NCBI GenBank assembly: GCA_039030515.1
Contig: JBCCEA010000002.1
Span: 96,001-160,000, forward strand
Source: Myxococcota bacterium
GTDB lineage: Bacteria; Myxococcota_A; Polyangia; Polyangiales; Houyiibacteriaceae
Length of the DNA: 64,000 nucleotides
Reading direction: 5' to 3'
The notes beneath the pieces are model-generated. The model searched no databases. It had not been told where the DNA came from and saw only the letters and a list, made by a program, of their open reading frames with translations. A program made the translations under genes and the position numbers. Below are positions 8,783 to 18,480 of the stretch, one piece after another; position 1 is the stretch's first letter; every line of letters starts with the position of its first letter.

Positions 8783-10176
8783 ATCTCCCTCGCGAGCTCT
8801 TTGGCGCACAAACGGCAAACGGCAGAAATAAGCGCTTTCGGATCGAGCGGCTTGAGCAAGAAACCATCAGCGCCTAGCGACGATAGAATCTGCCAGTCTT
8901 GAGCAGTGCCTGCAGCGGTCACCACCAAAACCGGCACTCTAGAGTTGTGCTCCAAAGCACGGAGAGCGGAAACTACTTCGATCCCACTGAGATCGGGCAT
9001 CTTCAGGTCCACGATAGCGACGGATACAGGCTTTTCTTGTAACACTCGAAGTGCACCAACACCATCTGCAACCACGTCGATCGAGCTACCGGGAAAAGCC
9101 TCTTCCAAATGCAGTGCGAGCAAGTCGCAGAAGCTCTCGTCGTCGTCTGCGATCAGGATTCGACGCAGGGTTCCCTTGCCCGCTGCGCTTCCCGAATCTC
9201 CAAGCCGCTCTCGAAAATGATCGATAGAATCGATACGCTTTTTCGGATCCTTGACGAGCGACGAGGAGATGAGCGCGTCGAGCGCAGGCGTCAGTCCTGG
9301 TCGCAAGTAACTCGGCGGCTTTGGCGTTTCGATCACGTGTTGTTTTAGTATCGTGCTTCTCGCAGAAGTATCGAAGGGATGACATCCCGTGAGCAGCTCG
9401 TAAGCCATAATACCGAGTGCATAGAGGTCGATTCGATTCGCGAGCTTTGCCCGCACCTGCCCAAGAATGACTTCCGGCGCCATGTACGCAGGGGTTCCGA
9501 GCAAAGCTTGCGTCATCCGTTCAACAGCACGACTTAGGCCCAAGTCTGCGATCACTGCCCTCAAACCGGGGGCGATCAAAATATTGGAGGGTTTCAAGTC
9601 CCCGTGAACGTAACCAACGCGATGGATCGCCTGCACGCCGGCACAGACCTGATCGAGAATGTGCATCGCTTCGTCTAGTGGTGGGGGGTCCGGCTGATCG
9701 AGCAGACAATCTAAAGCGTCCCCAGCGATGTACTCCATGACGAAATACGGATTCTCTCGATGCGTACCGAATGCAAAAATACTAACGACGTTGGGATGCC
9801 GAATGCGCGCTAAAGCCCTGGCCTCTCCCATAAGGCGCCTCTGTGTGGCCTTCCCCTTCAATACAGATGGGTCGACGAACTTCATGGCCACCAATCTGTC
9901 GAGGTTCACGTCTCGAGCGAGAAACACACTGCCCATGGCGCCACTACCAAGTAAACCCAGCACGCGATACGTATCCTCGATGATCGATCCAGCGCGCGGA
10001 AGGGTCTGCTGATATCGAGCATCGGTAAAACCCTCGTCAATCAAATCTCCGACGCTATCCAAGTGCACCGGGCTTCCTTCAGCTGAATCGGTCAAGAGCC
10101 CCCCCTCCACATCGTCCCATCTAGAGGGAGCATATGCTCTGGTTTGCGAACGCAGACCGAGCTTTGCCACGCGCAT
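8776..10176 (-). CDS. Ser/Thr protein kinase with C-terminal receiver (REC) domain
   Basis: LGSGAMGSV, VAMK, HGDLKPSN, DLG, GTPAYMAPE; REC domain ILIADDD..IVDLKMP..VTA..FLLKP. Start uncertain (ORF extends to 10233). Confidence 0.92.
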   Translation of the reverse strand: MRVAKLGLRSQTRAYAPSRWDDVEGGLLTDSAEGSPVHLDSVGDLIDEGFTDARYQQTLPRAGSIIEDTYRVLGLLGSGAMGSVFLARDVNLDRLVAMKFVDPSVLKGKATQRRLMGEARALARIRHPNVVSIFAFGTHRENPYFVMEYIAGDALDCLLDQPDPPPLDEAMHILDQVCAGVQAIHRVGYVHGDLKPSNILIAPGLRAVIADLGLSRAVERMTQALLGTPAYMAPEVILGQVRAKLANRIDLYALGIMAYELLTGCHPFDTSARSTILKQHVIETPKPPSYLRPGLTPALDALISSSLVKDPKKRIDSIDHFRERLGDSGSAAGKGTLRRILIADDDESFCDLLALHLEEAFPGSSIDVVADGVGALRVLQEKPVSVAIVDLKMPDLSGIEVVSALRALEHNSRVPVLVVTAAGTAQDWQILSSLGADGFLLKPLDPKALISAVCRLCAKELAREIQ

Positions 10177-10293
10177 ATTAAGACGCGCTCCCCCTTGTGA
10201 GTGTACCTGATCGCGCCCGAGAAGAACTGTCACGAGGCGGGGATGCAGACAACCTTGTTTGGGGTGGATCGTCCAGCGATCAAAACGAAGGTC

Positions 10294-11148
10294 TCAGTAC
10301 GTCGACATCTCATAAAGCGAAAGGAGGATTTCGAACAGAATCAGCACGACGATGTACCATTCCACGCGGTAACTACGCTCTTGCTGCACAAGCTCCAGCA
10401 CGGTCTCTGCAGTCCGAGAGAGGATGCCCAGCTTGCGTTCAAGCGCCATATATCGCTCTCGCAATTCAAACTCATCCTGAAGCCGAAGGTAGATCGCTTC
10501 GAGCTCAGGATGCTCCCACAGAATCTCGGGCTTCTCTGCAACCTCAACCCGACCTACCGTTCTCGTTTGGACGAGAAGTGCCCCTCCGATTTGCCGCAGA
10601 AGCGCTCGGCTTCCTTGACCTCCACGCCCCGACCTGCGCAGGGACTCCGCCAACGGTTCGACGCGATCAAACTCCGCAGCCAAAGCTTCCTCGTAGTGCG
10701 CAAGAACCACGTTTTTGGCGAGCACATCGGCCACCGCCTGCACGTGTCCGACCGTGAGTGCGCGTACCCGGATGATGTCGTGCACAACCCGCTCTTCCTC
10801 GGCTCTATCGATATGTATCTCAACTTCTTCGTCCTCAGGAACAGCAAACCTGCCACTAAGTCGGGGTATAAGCTTCTCCACAAAATCCGATTCAAGACCA
10901 GGGTCAACGCCAAAGAAGACAGTCACCCCATATCGAAACAGTACGCATGCCCCCCCTCCATGGACCTCCAGTACCAGCGGAGCCGATCCCAAAATGTTTG
11001 CCGAATCGAGAGCCTTGAGATCGAAACGTTCTCCAAGAAACAACGCTCGGACTCGAATCGGTCGATCCAAATCGAGAACTGCACTTAGAGGAGGCGCTGA
11101 CACACCGGAAGTGCCCACCGGAAGATGGGAAATCTCTTGCACGTTCAA
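10294..11148 (-). CDS. RMD1/DUF155 (YagE-like) family protein
   Basis: LFRYGVTVFF, LAKNVVL..YE, PEILWE.PELE.IY, EFELRER...LERKL, C-terminal TM segment EWYIVVLILFEI. Confidence 0.9.
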   Translation of the reverse strand: MNVQEISHLPVGTSGVSAPPLSAVLDLDRPIRVRALFLGERFDLKALDSANILGSAPLVLEVHGGGACVLFRYGVTVFFGVDPGLESDFVEKLIPRLSGRFAVPEDEEVEIHIDRAEEERVVHDIIRVRALTVGHVQAVADVLAKNVVLAHYEEALAAEFDRVEPLAESLRRSGRGGQGSRALLRQIGGALLVQTRTVGRVEVAEKPEILWEHPELEAIYLRLQDEFELRERYMALERKLGILSRTAETVLELVQQERSYRVEWYIVVLILFEILLSLYEMSTY

Positions 11149-11217
11149 AGAGTATCAAAGCACGCAAAGGATAGGACGACTTCGTCGAGGCCCCTGCCGA
11201 GGATGGTCTATCTATTT

Positions 11218-11233
11218 TGGCATCGTCGATGCT
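11218..11233 (+). promoter_or_regulatory. Putative sigma54 promoter
   Basis: TGGCATCGTCGATGCT = GG-N10-GC, upstream of the small ORF at 11297. Confidence 0.45.
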
Positions 11234-11296
11234 AATCTGGCGTTTCAGTTTGTGTATTGCAGTGCTGCTCATACCACCATGCATGGAGGATGTATC

Positions 11297-11521
11297 GTGA
11301 CCAACGATTCGAAACCGGGCGAATGGGAACACGAGACCTACAACGCGCTTGAACGTATTTCCAAACATCCTCCCGAACTTCCGGGGGCAGAGCATGCCGC
11401 GCAGGCGAGCGAAACACCTGAGATCGAAAAAGAAAACGCACTCAGCTCTACCGTTTTGCGAGACGCGTTCGAAAAGATCACCGAAATCGACGACGCAGTA
11501 TTTTGCTACCGATTGGCCTGA
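11297..11521 (+). CDS. Small acidic hypothetical protein (74 aa)
   Basis: GGAGGA RBS 6 nt before a GTG start; fills the gap upstream of the kinase gene. Confidence 0.55.
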   Translation: MTNDSKPGEWEHETYNALERISKHPPELPGAEHAAQASETPEIEKENALSSTVLRDAFEKITEIDDAVFCYRLA

Positions 11522-11618
11522 GTCGGTCGCTGTAGTTCAGTTCGACGTCTGAGCGTTCGACACGACTCCTCTTGCTATTCACCCTCGTTTCTCCCCTTCT
11601 CGGAGCTCTGCGTACCGC

Positions 11619-12887
11619 ATGTACATCCGAAAAAGAGCATCCGAATTACAGGGACTCGGTGCATACCCACCGATCGGTAGGCTCGGGCGCTACCAGCTGC
11701 TAGGTCGATTGGCGGCCGGAGGGATGGCTGAGATTTATTTGGCTCGAGAACCGGGGCCAAAGTCGGTGCATCGTCATGTCGTCGTGAAGCGAATCCTACC
11801 CCACGTGGCTGAGGATGAGATCGCCGTCGCGATGTTCGTGCATGAGGCCAAGCTCTGCGTTCAACTCCAGCATCCGAATATCTGTCCCGTCTATGAGTTC
11901 GGCGAAGACAACGGAACTTACTTCCTTGCAATGGAGTGGGTCCGTGGGGTGTCTTTACGCGCCTTGATCCAATCTGCATCTCGCGGCAACGACGCGAGTC
12001 TATCCGTGCATGTGATCACTCAAGTCTTTATCGAACTGGCTGGAGCATTGCATCATGCACACACAGCGACCGATTCCGAAGGCGTGCCACTCGGAATTGT
12101 CCACCGTGACGTCACTCCAGAAAACATCATCGTCGGATACAACGGGGTACCGAAGCTCATCGATTTTGGCGTGGCCAAAGCAAAAAACCAACAGCACCGT
12201 ACCGAAAAAGGTGTGCTCAAAGGCAAGTTTGCCTATATGTCTCCCGAGCAATATCAGGGAGCGTCTCTGGACCCACGCAGCGACGTCTTTTCCCTATGTA
12301 TCTGCTTGCATGAGGCATTAACTGGGAACGCTCTTTTTGAAAGAGCCTCTGAATACGAAACGGTTGCCGCGATAGTCCTCGACCCGGAGATTCCTTCAGT
12401 CCGTCAAACACGGCAAGAAGTATCTCAGTGCCTCGAAGACACGTTGATGGCGGGACTCGCAAAAGATCGCTCGGCGCGGATTGGCTCCGCAGATCAACTA
12501 CAAAAGCGGCTGGTTGCAACTTTGGAGAATTCAGGTCGGATCATTCGTCATGCGGCGGTATCCGAGTATCTAGAACTTCGCTTTCCCGGACAGTCTAAGA
12601 ACTTGCCGACCCTCGACCGACGTCCGGTGGCCTTTTCACGCAAACACGACGAGGCTGACTCGATACAACGGATGATGGCGGGAGTTGAGATCGACGACGC
12701 TGAGAACATGTTGATGCGCAGTCAAAAACGCAAGCCTCTACGACTGATCCTCCTGCTTCTCCTCATGCTCGCCGGTCTGGCATGTGCACTTTCGTGGGTG
12801 ATCCATCGAGCCCGAGTTCCAGCTCAGGAAACCGTTTCGGAGCTCGGCCCATGCAGCATGAGGCCCTCGGGAATCTTGGAGTCTTAG
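11619..12887 (+). CDS. Membrane-anchored Ser/Thr protein kinase
   Basis: LAAGGMAEIY, VVVKRI, HRDVTPEN, DFG, KGKFAYMSPEQ; C-terminal TM helix. Confidence 0.95.
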   Translation: MYIRKRASELQGLGAYPPIGRLGRYQLLGRLAAGGMAEIYLAREPGPKSVHRHVVVKRILPHVAEDEIAVAMFVHEAKLCVQLQHPNICPVYEFGEDNGTYFLAMEWVRGVSLRALIQSASRGNDASLSVHVITQVFIELAGALHHAHTATDSEGVPLGIVHRDVTPENIIVGYNGVPKLIDFGVAKAKNQQHRTEKGVLKGKFAYMSPEQYQGASLDPRSDVFSLCICLHEALTGNALFERASEYETVAAIVLDPEIPSVRQTRQEVSQCLEDTLMAGLAKDRSARIGSADQLQKRLVATLENSGRIIRHAAVSEYLELRFPGQSKNLPTLDRRPVAFSRKHDEADSIQRMMAGVEIDDAENMLMRSQKRKPLRLILLLLLMLAGLACALSWVIHRARVPAQETVSELGPCSMRPSGILES

Positions 12888-12942
12888 CTCGAACATCCAT
12901 CTTCACGTGCGATCGATCTACGATCACGAGTGTTCGGGCAAC

Positions 12943-12984
12943 GTTCTAGAGCTGAGCTGCAGAGTTCTAGAGCTGAGCTGCAGA
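12943..12984. repeat. Perfect 21-bp tandem duplication GTTCTAGAGCTGAGCTGCAGA spanning a stop codon
   Basis: Copies at 12943-12963 and 12964-12984; the second contains the TAG of the PilZ-HxlR gene. Confidence 0.9.
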
Positions 12985-13809
12985 AACGTGATTCTGGATT
13001 GGCTCATTGGCCCAGTGAACCATCGATCGCACTATGGAAAGAATGCCGGCGCCCTTTGAAGTGAGTGCATAGGCCGTCATCCCATCGGATCGCAAATCCT
13101 GGGATACGATGCCGTACTGCTGGAGTCGGGCCAGTCTTGAGGGCAGAGATGCTTTCGGTTGTCGGCCAAAAAAGCCTTCGATCTCCTCACGAGTGCGCGT
13201 TCCCGACGACCTTAAGTAGCGCATCAGACGTATCGATTGTCGGTCCCCAAGAAGGCGAAGCGCGGAGAGGACTGGACAGTTCGACTCCGGTGAGGAGTCA
13301 TTGGGACTCGGGGGCATAGACTCACCGAGTCGTGAGTGACGGTTCGGAACTGCTGCGTGGTTTGTTTCGACCTGGGATCCTTCGCTTTCGGAGCTGGCTT
13401 CCTGAAGATATCGGTAGAGCGCGTGTAGATCCTTTGGGCGGAGGTCTCCGTACTCGATCCCGATTCCATCCGACCTCCTCCATCGCACGACGGCGGAGAA
13501 CTCAAGTTCTCTCCCCGTTCCCCTCCCAGAAGCACCCTCTTCAGTGAGCTCTTCTTCCGAGAGCGCGAAGGCTTCATCTGAGGGAGCCAGACCTTCGCCA
13601 AAAACGCGACAACCATCTGGAGAAAGAGCAGCAGACTGGAAAGGTGCGAGGGAAACCATCACCTCGGCTTCGTACGGTAGGGGCTCCTCCGTACGAATGA
13701 ACATTTTAGTGGGGAGAATTTTTGAGGCAGAACCGGCAAACTGAGTACCGTTGTACGTGATCAACACGGGTCGGTCCAGAATGCCTGTGGTGGTCGTAGA
13801 TGGGTGCAT
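12967..13809 (-). CDS. Degenerate PilZ-like domain fused to HxlR (DUF24) winged-helix regulator
   Basis: N-terminal MFIRTEEPLP..V.V.L and AVVRW....GIGIEY (myxobacterial PilZ pattern); C-terminal CPV..AL.LLGDR....LMR, RL.RLQQ.GIV, Y.LT.KG, W. Confidence 0.75.
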   Translation of the reverse strand: MHPSTTTTGILDRPVLITYNGTQFAGSASKILPTKMFIRTEEPLPYEAEVMVSLAPFQSAALSPDGCRVFGEGLAPSDEAFALSEEELTEEGASGRGTGRELEFSAVVRWRRSDGIGIEYGDLRPKDLHALYRYLQEASSESEGSQVETNHAAVPNRHSRLGESMPPSPNDSSPESNCPVLSALRLLGDRQSIRLMRYLRSSGTRTREEIEGFFGRQPKASLPSRLARLQQYGIVSQDLRSDGMTAYALTSKGAGILSIVRSMVHWANEPIQNHVSAAQL

Positions 13810-13830
13810 GGTGATCCTGATGAAATTCTC

Positions 13831-13847
13831 TGCAAATTACAGGCCAA
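13831..13847 (-). promoter_or_regulatory. Putative sigma54 promoter of the PilZ-HxlR gene
   Basis: Minus strand TTGGCCTGTAATTTGCA = GG-N10-GC, followed by an AGGA RBS and the ATG about 21 nt downstream. Confidence 0.6.
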
Positions 13848-14128
13848 GCCTGATCTACCAAAGGCATTCGACAAGATCAGACTGGGCGCTACGGATGGCC
13901 CAAAAATCGCGCGCGCACCTGAGAGGTCCTATTCCCTCTTCGACCTGAAATCATCAGCTATTACCAGAGAGCACATGTCGTGCTCGGCACGTTCAGGAGT
14001 GCTGCACACGCTCGGGAGTCCTCTGCTCTGAAACTAGGGTTTGCACGGCAGGCAGGATCTCGGATGCATCCGCTGCCAACTCGCGTTTCCACGCTGGGGT
14101 ATTCTGACCCAGTCCGATCCGAGGGCGC

Positions 14129-14422
14129 CTAGGATTCTTCAGGCGGTTTCCACGCTGTGGCAGCCATCTCTCCGTCCTCTAGTCCGATCCAGATGCGAAG
14201 CTGCTTGTACATGAAGTCGCTTCCTTCCTCGCTCGAGAGGTCGACACGGTAGGTGTTGATATATCGGACACTCTCCGTCAGCCACATATCCCAGGCTTGC
14301 TTTGAAATATTGTCGTAAACCCACGTGCCGAAGTCGTTGCGAAACGGCGGTTCCGTGAGTCCTGGGAGTTCTTCTTCGAGCTTCTTGCAGTGCACAAGAC
14401 GGTGTTCATCGGCCTCTGACAT
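14129..14422 (-). CDS. yggX: Oxidative damage protection / Fe(II)-trafficking protein YggX
   Basis: R.V.C.KL..E..GL..PPF, G..VY.NISKQAW..W, IN.YR.DL. Confidence 0.9.
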   Translation of the reverse strand: MSEADEHRLVHCKKLEEELPGLTEPPFRNDFGTWVYDNISKQAWDMWLTESVRYINTYRVDLSSEEGSDFMYKQLRIWIGLEDGEMAATAWKPPEES

Positions 14423-14465
14423 CGCTGTGGCGTAGTACATCCACTAGGCGTACGCACCCAAACTT

Positions 14466-15044
14466 CTATCGAAGATCACGTGCGCTAACCCCCTCAAGTT
14501 CGCTAAACCCAAGGCGATAGCTCAAGGTTTTGGTCTCAGAATACGTGCCGACCCAAACTCGGTACGTGCCGGCCTCAAACGCACCGTCAATGATTGGATT
14601 CCTATCTTCCGCATCGTCGTTGCAGCGAAGAGAACCGTTCGGATTTTGCACGATCAATGTGGAATCTCGTAGTGCACGGACGAGTATACGAAGCCTCTGA
14701 ATCCGATCGGTCACCCTCAAAGTATGCCCGGGTCTTCTTGACCGCCATCCCGGACAAGACGCATGCACCAAACTTCCTTGGACTGGACCACCTGCCCTGC
14801 CGCTCACCACCCAGGGATCTGGCTGAAACCCTGGTGACAATCGAACCAGACCGAACTCGCTGGTCGACTGAACCGAATCGTTGCTGTGCGACTCTTCGAT
14901 AGGAACGCAGGCAGAGGACTGGCAGAGGTAGATCAAGGTGCCAAACCCAAACCGGACCAAGGGTTGGCCCACAAGGATGCTGCGGTGAGGCTCCCGAGAT
15001 CTCATGACGCAATTGCCTTCGACATCGAACGCAGGAGCGCACAC
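14466..15044 (-). CDS. Exported hypothetical protein with PPC-like beta domain
   Basis: PGFQPDP..SG.AGG, C.G, D.TLIV..P.G...CNDD, GTYRVWVG pattern; true start probably near 14972. Confidence 0.65.
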   Translation of the reverse strand: MCAPAFDVEGNCVMRSREPHRSILVGQPLVRFGFGTLIYLCQSSACVPIEESHSNDSVQSTSEFGLVRLSPGFQPDPWVVSGRAGGPVQGSLVHASCPGWRSRRPGHTLRVTDRIQRLRILVRALRDSTLIVQNPNGSLRCNDDAEDRNPIIDGAFEAGTYRVWVGTYSETKTLSYRLGFSELEGVSARDLR

Positions 15045-15084
15045 TGCAAAGGCCTTTTCGAACGCCCTGCCGAGTCAGGCACAC

Positions 15085-15678
15085 TCATGGACCGTCGGAC
15101 GCGTCTTGGACAAGTTCAAATAGGGAACAAAGCATTCGATGCGTTAGGCCCCATACCAACTGATCACCAACCGCGTATGCGGGCATCTGAATAGGTTTCC
15201 CTCGATGGACATAGGTGTATTCGGCGCTACGTTCGCCGCGAATTAGGGGACCGATCGGGGTCCAACACGTGTCTGCAACTTCGTCATTGGGCATCAGAGG
15301 CGGGTCGACCTGCTCAAGCTCGAAAACGAAGGGAGTCACGATGAGCCCCGTCGACGCACCCCGGATGGTCGCGTCCACTTCGTCGAGCGCTCCCAGCAGA
15401 TGCGCCGTCGCGCGGAGATCCAAACCGATTTCCTCTCGTGTTTCTCTACACACGGTCGCCACCAGAGAATCGTCTTGCGGCTCCGAGCGTCCTCCCGGGA
15501 ACGCCATTTGCCCAGACCACGGATCCCCTTTTCGAGTCGCTCGTCGAATGAGCAAGATCTCTGGCCCTGAGGGCGCACCTCGCAGGATGGCCGCGACAGA
15601 GGCTCGTCGTACATCAGAAAAAACCGGCAATCGCTTCGAAGGGGTCTGTGCGATGCGGATTCGAAATTCTGACAGCAT
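15085..15678 (-). CDS. CoA pyrophosphatase (Nudix)
   Basis: LLIRRA....DPWSGQMAFPGG (NuCoA motif), RETREEIG Nudix box, VWGLT. Confidence 0.92.
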   Translation of the reverse strand: MLSEFRIRIAQTPSKRLPVFSDVRRASVAAILRGAPSGPEILLIRRATRKGDPWSGQMAFPGGRSEPQDDSLVATVCRETREEIGLDLRATAHLLGALDEVDATIRGASTGLIVTPFVFELEQVDPPLMPNDEVADTCWTPIGPLIRGERSAEYTYVHRGKPIQMPAYAVGDQLVWGLTHRMLCSLFELVQDASDGP

Positions 15679-16018
15679 GCTTTTCCACTGGAGTCCGGAT
15701 CACACACGTATCCTATGCAATCGAGCTACGCCGCCCGAAAAGAGATCGCGATGGCGTGCCTCAGAAACTGCGGTCACATGAGGACACCGAGAATCCGCAC
15801 TCATGAAGCAATAAGGATCCGGGTGCCAGGCTCTGCCTGACGTCACTGACAATAACGCGTTCAGCGCTGTCGAGTACCCCGCTCAAAGTCATCCAGTTGT
15901 CGCAGTAGGCCGCACACACCCTCAGGTTGGCCGCAGCAGGCACGTCTGCTACCACACAAAGCTTTACGGCGCTGCTTTCGACTGGCTCGCTTCCTTTGAG
16001 CGCTACCTTTGTACTATC

Positions 16019-17329
16019 ATGATCCCACGCTACACCCCCGCCGACTTTGCCAAGCTCTGGTCGCCGGCCACCAAATATGAAACTTGGTTCGACGTAGAGC
16101 TCGCGGCCTGCCGCGCCATGGAGCGCGCAGGTTTTGTGCCCGCAAAAACCACGGAGTCACTCGAGCCGATTCGTCATCGGATCGACCCCGAACGAATCGA
16201 CGAGATCGAGCGGACCACCCGGCATGACGTCATCGCGTTTCTCACCCATATCGAAGAGCTTGCCGGCCCTGCAGCGCGCTGGCTGCATCGAGGGATGACC
16301 TCCTCGGACGTTCTCGACACGTCATTCGCAATTTTGCTTCGCCGCGCATGCGATTCACTCATCGAGAGACTGGACAGCACCCGGAGCGCCTTTCGAAAGC
16401 GCATCGAGGAACATCGACGCACACCGATGATCGGTCGATCACACGGAATCCATGCAGAGCCCATCACGTTTGGCCTGATGCTCTCAAGCCATCTTGCGGA
16501 ACTCGACCGCAGTCGACGTCACCTGCACCGAGCCCGCGAGGAGATTTCTGTTGGCAAGATCGCCGGCGCTGTGGGCACCTACGCCCACCTTACGCCGGAG
16601 ATCGAAAGCGATGCGCTCCAGCAGCTCGACCTCGCTGCCGAGACCTGTGCCACCCAGATTGTGGCTCGAGATCGACACGCCAGTTTCTTTTGTGCGCTGG
16701 GGGTGCTGGCCTCAGCCATCGAGCGTTTTGCCGTCAATATTCGTCACGCGCAGCGTACGGAGGTGGGCGAAGCCGAGGAAGCATTTGCTGTAGGTCAGAA
16801 AGGCTCCTCCGCAATGCCTCACAAACGCAATCCTGTACTCAGCGAGAACCTGACGGGATTGGCACGTACCGTGCGGATGACCGTGATACCCGCCCTCGAA
16901 AACGTCGCGCTATGGCATGAGCGCGACATCAGCCACTCTTCCGTGGAGCGCATGATCGCACCGGACGCAACTTCAACGATGGCTTTTGCACTCGATCGGC
17001 TCCATCGGCTCGTGGAACATCTCGTCGTATATCCCGACCGCTTGGCAAACAATCTCGAGCGCTCAGGCGGCCTTTGGGCAAGTGAGGGCGTGCTGCTACT
17101 CTTAGTTTCTGCGGGGCTGCCGCGGCAAAAAAGCTACGAGCTGGTGCAGAGAAACGCGATGAGAGCATTCCACGGTGAGGGGGACTTCAAGACACTCCTG
17201 GCCGAAGACGAAGACTTGATGAAACACATTTCTTTTGAGGAACTGGAGCAGCAGTTCGACCTCGAACACGCGCTCAGGTATGTGGACCCCATCATCGATC
17301 GCACACTTTCCGCTTCCAACCCTGAGTAA
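16019..17329 (+). CDS. purB: Adenylosuccinate lyase
   Basis: MIPRY, HDVIAF, GMTSSD, GRSHGIHAEP, GSSAMPHKRNP, HERDISHSSVER. Confidence 0.98.
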   Translation: MIPRYTPADFAKLWSPATKYETWFDVELAACRAMERAGFVPAKTTESLEPIRHRIDPERIDEIERTTRHDVIAFLTHIEELAGPAARWLHRGMTSSDVLDTSFAILLRRACDSLIERLDSTRSAFRKRIEEHRRTPMIGRSHGIHAEPITFGLMLSSHLAELDRSRRHLHRAREEISVGKIAGAVGTYAHLTPEIESDALQQLDLAAETCATQIVARDRHASFFCALGVLASAIERFAVNIRHAQRTEVGEAEEAFAVGQKGSSAMPHKRNPVLSENLTGLARTVRMTVIPALENVALWHERDISHSSVERMIAPDATSTMAFALDRLHRLVEHLVVYPDRLANNLERSGGLWASEGVLLLLVSAGLPRQKSYELVQRNAMRAFHGEGDFKTLLAEDEDLMKHISFEELEQQFDLEHALRYVDPIIDRTLSASNPE

Positions 17330-17406
17330 AGCCCTCTCCACTTGAGCCATACCCCAAAAGCAGCGAATCACGGCGAGGGCTCCCCGACAACTATGAGTCC
17401 AACTCG

Positions 17407-18372
17407 ATGACCCTCGATCGAACCGCGTGGCGTCATGGAATACAGAACGCACTAGAGGAGACCGACTTTTTCTCGCTCGGAACCAAGTACCGAGGCAAAG
17501 TTCGAGACAACTACTCCGCGCCGGACGGCCGAAGATTTATATGCGTCACCGACAGGGTAAGCGCGTTCGATCGCGTGCTGGGCACGCTACCGTTCAAGGG
17601 GCAGGTACTCAATCGACTGGCGCATTTCTGGTTTCAAAGAACGGCACATATCGCACCCAACCATCTGCTGGAGGTACCGGACCCCAACGTGATGATCTGT
17701 GAGGAATGCGTCCCACTTCCGGTCGAGTTCATCGTCCGCGGCTACATGACGGGAGTCACCCAGACGAGCCTATGGACCCACTACCAAAGAGGCGCTCGGG
17801 AATTTTGCGGACATCGACTTCCGGATGGATTGCGCGAACATCAGCGCCTCGAGGCCCCCATCCTCACGCCGAGCACCAAAGCTGTCGGTGGTCAGCACGA
17901 CGTAAGCATCTCCAGAGAGGCTTTATTGGCGACGGGCACGATCTCTGCTGCGGATTTTGACGCAGCGGCAGCGTACTCCATGGCGCTGTTCCAAACGGGC
18001 CAGCAGCTGTGCGCCGATCGAGGACTGCTCCTTGTCGACACCAAGTACGAGTTTGGCAAAAATGCACAGGGCGAGGTGGTGCTGATCGACGAAATCCACA
18101 CGCCCGACAGCTCGAGGTTCTGGTACGCCGAGTCCTATCAGGAACGCTTTGAAGGCGGGCTCGATCCCCGCTCCTTAGATAAGGAGTACCTACGCCGGTG
18201 GTTGGACGACGTCGGCTACAAAGGTGAGGGAGACGCACCACTGCTCACAGAAGAAGTGCGCATCGAGGCATCAAAACGCTACGTTGAAACCTGCGAGTGC
18301 ATCGAAGGCGAATTGTTCCAGCCGAATATGGAGCCGCCACTGCCCAGAATGCGGCGAGCACTCGGCGAATAG
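17407..18372 (+). CDS. purC: SAICAR synthetase
   Basis: GKVRDNY, TDRVSAFD, VE.IVRGY, TPSTK, DTKYEFG, DEIHTPDSSRFW, DKEYLR. Confidence 0.97.
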   Translation: MTLDRTAWRHGIQNALEETDFFSLGTKYRGKVRDNYSAPDGRRFICVTDRVSAFDRVLGTLPFKGQVLNRLAHFWFQRTAHIAPNHLLEVPDPNVMICEECVPLPVEFIVRGYMTGVTQTSLWTHYQRGAREFCGHRLPDGLREHQRLEAPILTPSTKAVGGQHDVSISREALLATGTISAADFDAAAAYSMALFQTGQQLCADRGLLLVDTKYEFGKNAQGEVVLIDEIHTPDSSRFWYAESYQERFEGGLDPRSLDKEYLRRWLDDVGYKGEGDAPLLTEEVRIEASKRYVETCECIEGELFQPNMEPPLPRMRRALGE

Positions 18373-18480
18373 CCCAAGCGGTGCGCGGGAACACACCCTC
18401 GCGACCGAGATTGCTCGGCTCGAGCTTCACGCTCGGTGAAGTGCCTACTTCACTGCCTGAGATCCTGCTAAGGCCCCTGG

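Noticed and set aside
10201..11088. 295-aa + strand ORF
   Set aside because: Antisense shadow of the RMD1-family gene.
15680..16018. Purine/ZMP riboswitch or small ORF upstream of purB
   Set aside because: No recognisable aptamer motif; the 64-aa minus ORF is unsupported.
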